40,439 nt of DNA from Paraspadella gotoi (Eukaryota; Animalia; Chaetognatha). The translations under genes were made by a program, and so were the position numbers. Shown here in pieces: positions 37,901 to 40,439 of this stretch. The notes beneath the pieces are model-generated. The model did no database searches. It was not told the origin of the DNA and worked only from the letters and a program-made list of their open reading frames with translations. The stretch lies in assembly GCA_051294375.1 (NCBI GenBank), contig JBJCIZ010000526.1:1-40439 (forward strand). Reading direction: 5' to 3'. Within the stretch, counting starts at the first letter, position 1. Every line of letters begins with the position of its first letter.

Positions 37901-39310
37901 AAGAAATAAAAACTTTTAAAAAAACGGCAAAACGTTTTTTCCAATGTCTAAAAGAGTTAAAAAACACCGAATTAAACGACTTTTCTAAAGTAAAAAGTGA
38001 TAAAAACGTTAAATACAGCGGCAGACGATTTTTCCAAAGAATAACAACTTTTAAAACAAAGAAAAAACGCTTTTTCCAATGTAAAAAGATAAAAATTTTC
38101 TAAAACACCGGGGAAACGATATTTTCAAAGAAAAAAAGAAATAAAAACGTTAAATACTCTGCAAATAACATTTCAAACGAGGTTTGTTAAAATTGGGTGA
38201 GGACAGTTATTTAAATATCTTTTTATCAAAACAAACAAATTTCTCTCTTTTATTTTTATGTTCTCCTTCTCTCTCTCTTTCTCTTTAATTTTTATGTAGC
38301 TTTCTCTCACTCTCATAGATAAACCACGTTAAAATACACCAGGAACACTGTTTTCTCTGTAAAAAGATATGAAAACTGTAAAAATAACAGAAAACGATTT
38401 TTTCCAATGATTTTAAAAAGAAATAAAACTTTAAAAAAAAAAACGGCAAAGTTTTTTCCAATGTAAAAGAGTTAAAAAACACCGATAAACGACTTTTTCT
38501 AAAGTTAAAAAGTAATAAAAAACGTTAAATACCCGGGCAGACGACATTCCAAAGAGCAACACTTTAAACAAAGAAAAAACGCTTTTTCCAATGTAAAAAG
38601 AGATAAAAAAATTTCTAAAAACACCGGAAAAACGATATTTTCAAGAAAAAAGAAATGTTAAAAACCGTTTAAATACTTCTGCAATAACATATCGAGGTTG
38701 TTAAAATTGGCGGTGAGTTGACAAGTTATTAAATATCTTTTTATCAAACAAACAAATTTCCTGCTCTTGTTTTTATGTCTCCTTTCTCTCTCTTCTCTTT
38801 AATTTTTATGTTAGCTTTCTCTCACTCTCAAAAGATAAAAAACGTTAAATACACCAGGAATAACGACTTTTTCTCTGCTAAAAAGGATATTAAAACTTTA
38901 AAAAAAACAGAAAACGATTTTCAAATGTAAAAAGAAATGAAAAACTTTAAAAAAAACGGCAAACGTTTTTTCCATGTAAAAAAAATATAAAAAAACACGA
39001 TGAAACGAGCTTTTTCTAAAGTAAAAAAGTGATAAAAACGTTAAATACACCGGCAGGACGATGATTTCCAAAGAGATAACAACTTTAAAAAACAAAGAAA
39101 ACGCTTTTTCCAATGTAAAAAGAGATAAAAATTTCTAAAAACACCGGAAAACGATATTCTTCTAAGAAAAAAGAATAAAAACGTTAAATTACTTCTGCAA
39201 TAACATCGAGGTTCGTTTTAAAATTGGGTGAGGACAGTTATTAAATATCTTTTTTATCAAAAACAAACAAAATTTCCTTTCTTTATTTTTTTGTTCTCCT
39301 TCTCTCTTCT
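19994..39310 (+). repeat. Satellite DNA array, ~37 head-to-tail monomers of ~520 bp
   Basis: The anchor ctctcaa(a/t)agataaaaacgttaaatacaccag recurs at ~20525, 21060, 21588, 22090, 22608 ... 38312, 38828. The block aacatcatcgaggttgttaaaattgggtgaggacagtt appears once per monomer. Confidence 0.99.
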
Positions 39311-39469
39311 CTGTTTGATCTTGTATGCTAAAATAAATTCTAAAAAGTCGCCCGGCACGAATTTGAAGGTTTAGCGAGGTTAAAAAAATGTATGACATNN
39401 NNNNNNNNNNNNNNNNNNNNNNNCAAGTATAAGCACGAATAAACAGATTAAAATCAATTTAAATACAAC

Positions 39470-39531
39470 TTAAAAACAAGGTAAAAACAGATTGAAAACA
39501 AAGTAAAAACAGATTAAAAACAAGGTAAAAA
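39470..39531. repeat. 22 bp (2 x 11 bp) tandem repeat taaaaacaaggtaaaaacagat, ~3 copies; possible 3' UTR/tail of the minus-strand LINE
   Basis: taaaaacaagg taaaaacagat tgaaaacaaag taaaaacagat taaaaacaagg taaaaat. Confidence 0.85.
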
Positions 39532-39589
39532 TTGTGCATCGCAATAGTAATAACCTCCACTGGGTTTTAAAAACGGTTGGCCGTCTAAT

Positions 39590-40050
39590 ATTACAAGATC
39601 ATATGCGACTGTACAATACTACGACCAACGCGTTTCCTCAATGGCTGCGCGCGGAAACCGCGGTAAAAAGATACAAATATCTTCTCCCAATTCTCGACGG
39701 TGATTGGTCCAGGCCCACCAATCCAGGACCGCAGGGAAGAAGCTTGCATTTTGCGATCCAAAACGCGAAGGGGGAACCGCGCGACCCAACACAGATACAC
39801 CCCCTCCCGCAAGCACGCTTTGTGGAGCCGCGCTGGAAGTCCACGTGACTGCGTCTTCACCTGACCTGAAAATGGATAAGGCGGCCCAACCTTACCGTCT
39901 CCGAGACCCATCCTGTTGCCGATCACAGCAACTGGACAGGGGGAGAGAAGGAGAGCAAAGGTGAATCCAGGAAGGCTTCAAAAGAGATCAATTAAGGGAA
40001 GGGAACAATTCCCCTTCCATCACAGAACCCACTGGTCCCAGAAATCGATC
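39590..40050 (-). mobile_element. Degenerate C-terminal (zf-RVT/CCHC) end of an L1/Tx1-type LINE ORF2
   Basis: The minus strand reads WDQWVL*WKGNCSLPLIDLF*SL, then GNRMGLGDG..YPFSGQVKTQSR (possibly a decayed CPFCG.VET.SH), then AFWIAKCKL and H*GNALVVV. This follows the usual order of L1/Tx1 C-terminal motifs, but the zinc-ligand Cys/His residues are mutated. Confidence 0.5.
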
Positions 40051-40283
40051 TCTCTCAAATCCAACACCAGATCCAATCTACAGAATAAAATCAATAAATC
40101 AAATGAAAAGCAACGAATCCTCGATGCTAAACCAATCCATAAGCAAAAATCATATTCAAAATCATATGCCAGTCTAAAATACCAATCTAAATCAAATGAA
40201 TATATCAAATCAAGCAGCAAAACGAAATGCCGTCAAATGCAACAAGCACTATCATAGCATGCCAGAGCATCTAGAGTAATCAT

Positions 40284-40439
40284 CTACTGCCGTCGACAAC
40301 TCCGAAGTTGCCGGGGCTGATCAAGCAGATCACTATCAAGGGGAGGCGGAGGTTGCTTCTTCGGTCGTCCACGGCGTCGTGGAGCGAGAGGCACAGCCAC
40401 AACTGCCGTCGTGGATGGGGCTTCCCCCTCCATCTGCTG
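40284..40439 (-). CDS. 3' end of an ORF running in from the window edge, containing an AT-hook motif
   Basis: Open frame QQMEGEAPSTTAVVAVPLAPRRRGRPKKQPPPPLDSDLLDQPRQLRSCRRQ* (stop at 40284-40286). PRRRGRPKK is a canonical AT-hook; the segment is GC-rich. Confidence 0.5.
   Translation of the reverse strand, partial: QQMEGEAPSTTAVVAVPLAPRRRGRPKKQPPPPLDSDLLDQPRQLRSCRRQ

Noticed and set aside
19994-39310. CRISPR-like array, or coding potential of the many K/F-rich ORFs
   Set aside because: Sequences between conserved blocks are themselves repeated, so there are no unique spacers. There are no cas genes, the context is eukaryotic, and the ORFs are translations of A/T tracts.
39534-39848. Plus-strand 104 aa ORF as a gene
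   Set aside because: Antisense to the probable LINE C-terminal fragment; no independent support.

Overview
AT-rich, repeat-dense eukaryotic (probably invertebrate animal) genomic DNA with no confidently identifiable host gene. Almost all listed ORFs come from low-complexity or repeat sequence. From left to right: (1) a decayed Ty3/Gypsy LTR retrotransposon with a tRNA-Leu-type PBS at 1282 and RT and integrase fragments; (2) a patchwork of mini/microsatellites and dispersed repeats; (3) a 5'-truncated L1/Tx1-clade LINE ORF2 (~8.6-11.75 kb); (4) a type I hammerhead ribozyme motif of the Penelope/retrozyme kind at ~12553-12620, just after a 25-N gap; (5) a TIR-bounded MITE; (6) a 923-N gap; (7) a ~22 kb satellite domain of about 37 monomers of ~520 bp, each built from ~7.5 subunits of ~49 bp plus a CT-rich tail, interrupted by a TG...CA, TCAA-flanked 2.66 kb insert made of 2.3 tandem copies of a probable BEL/Pao 3' end; (8) a minus-strand LINE 3' end and an AT-hook-bearing ORF end at the right edge. 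Dense indel noise suggests much of the window is poorly polished long-read gap fill, so apparent frameshifts may not be real. All protein-family calls are by-eye motif recognition; no searches were run.
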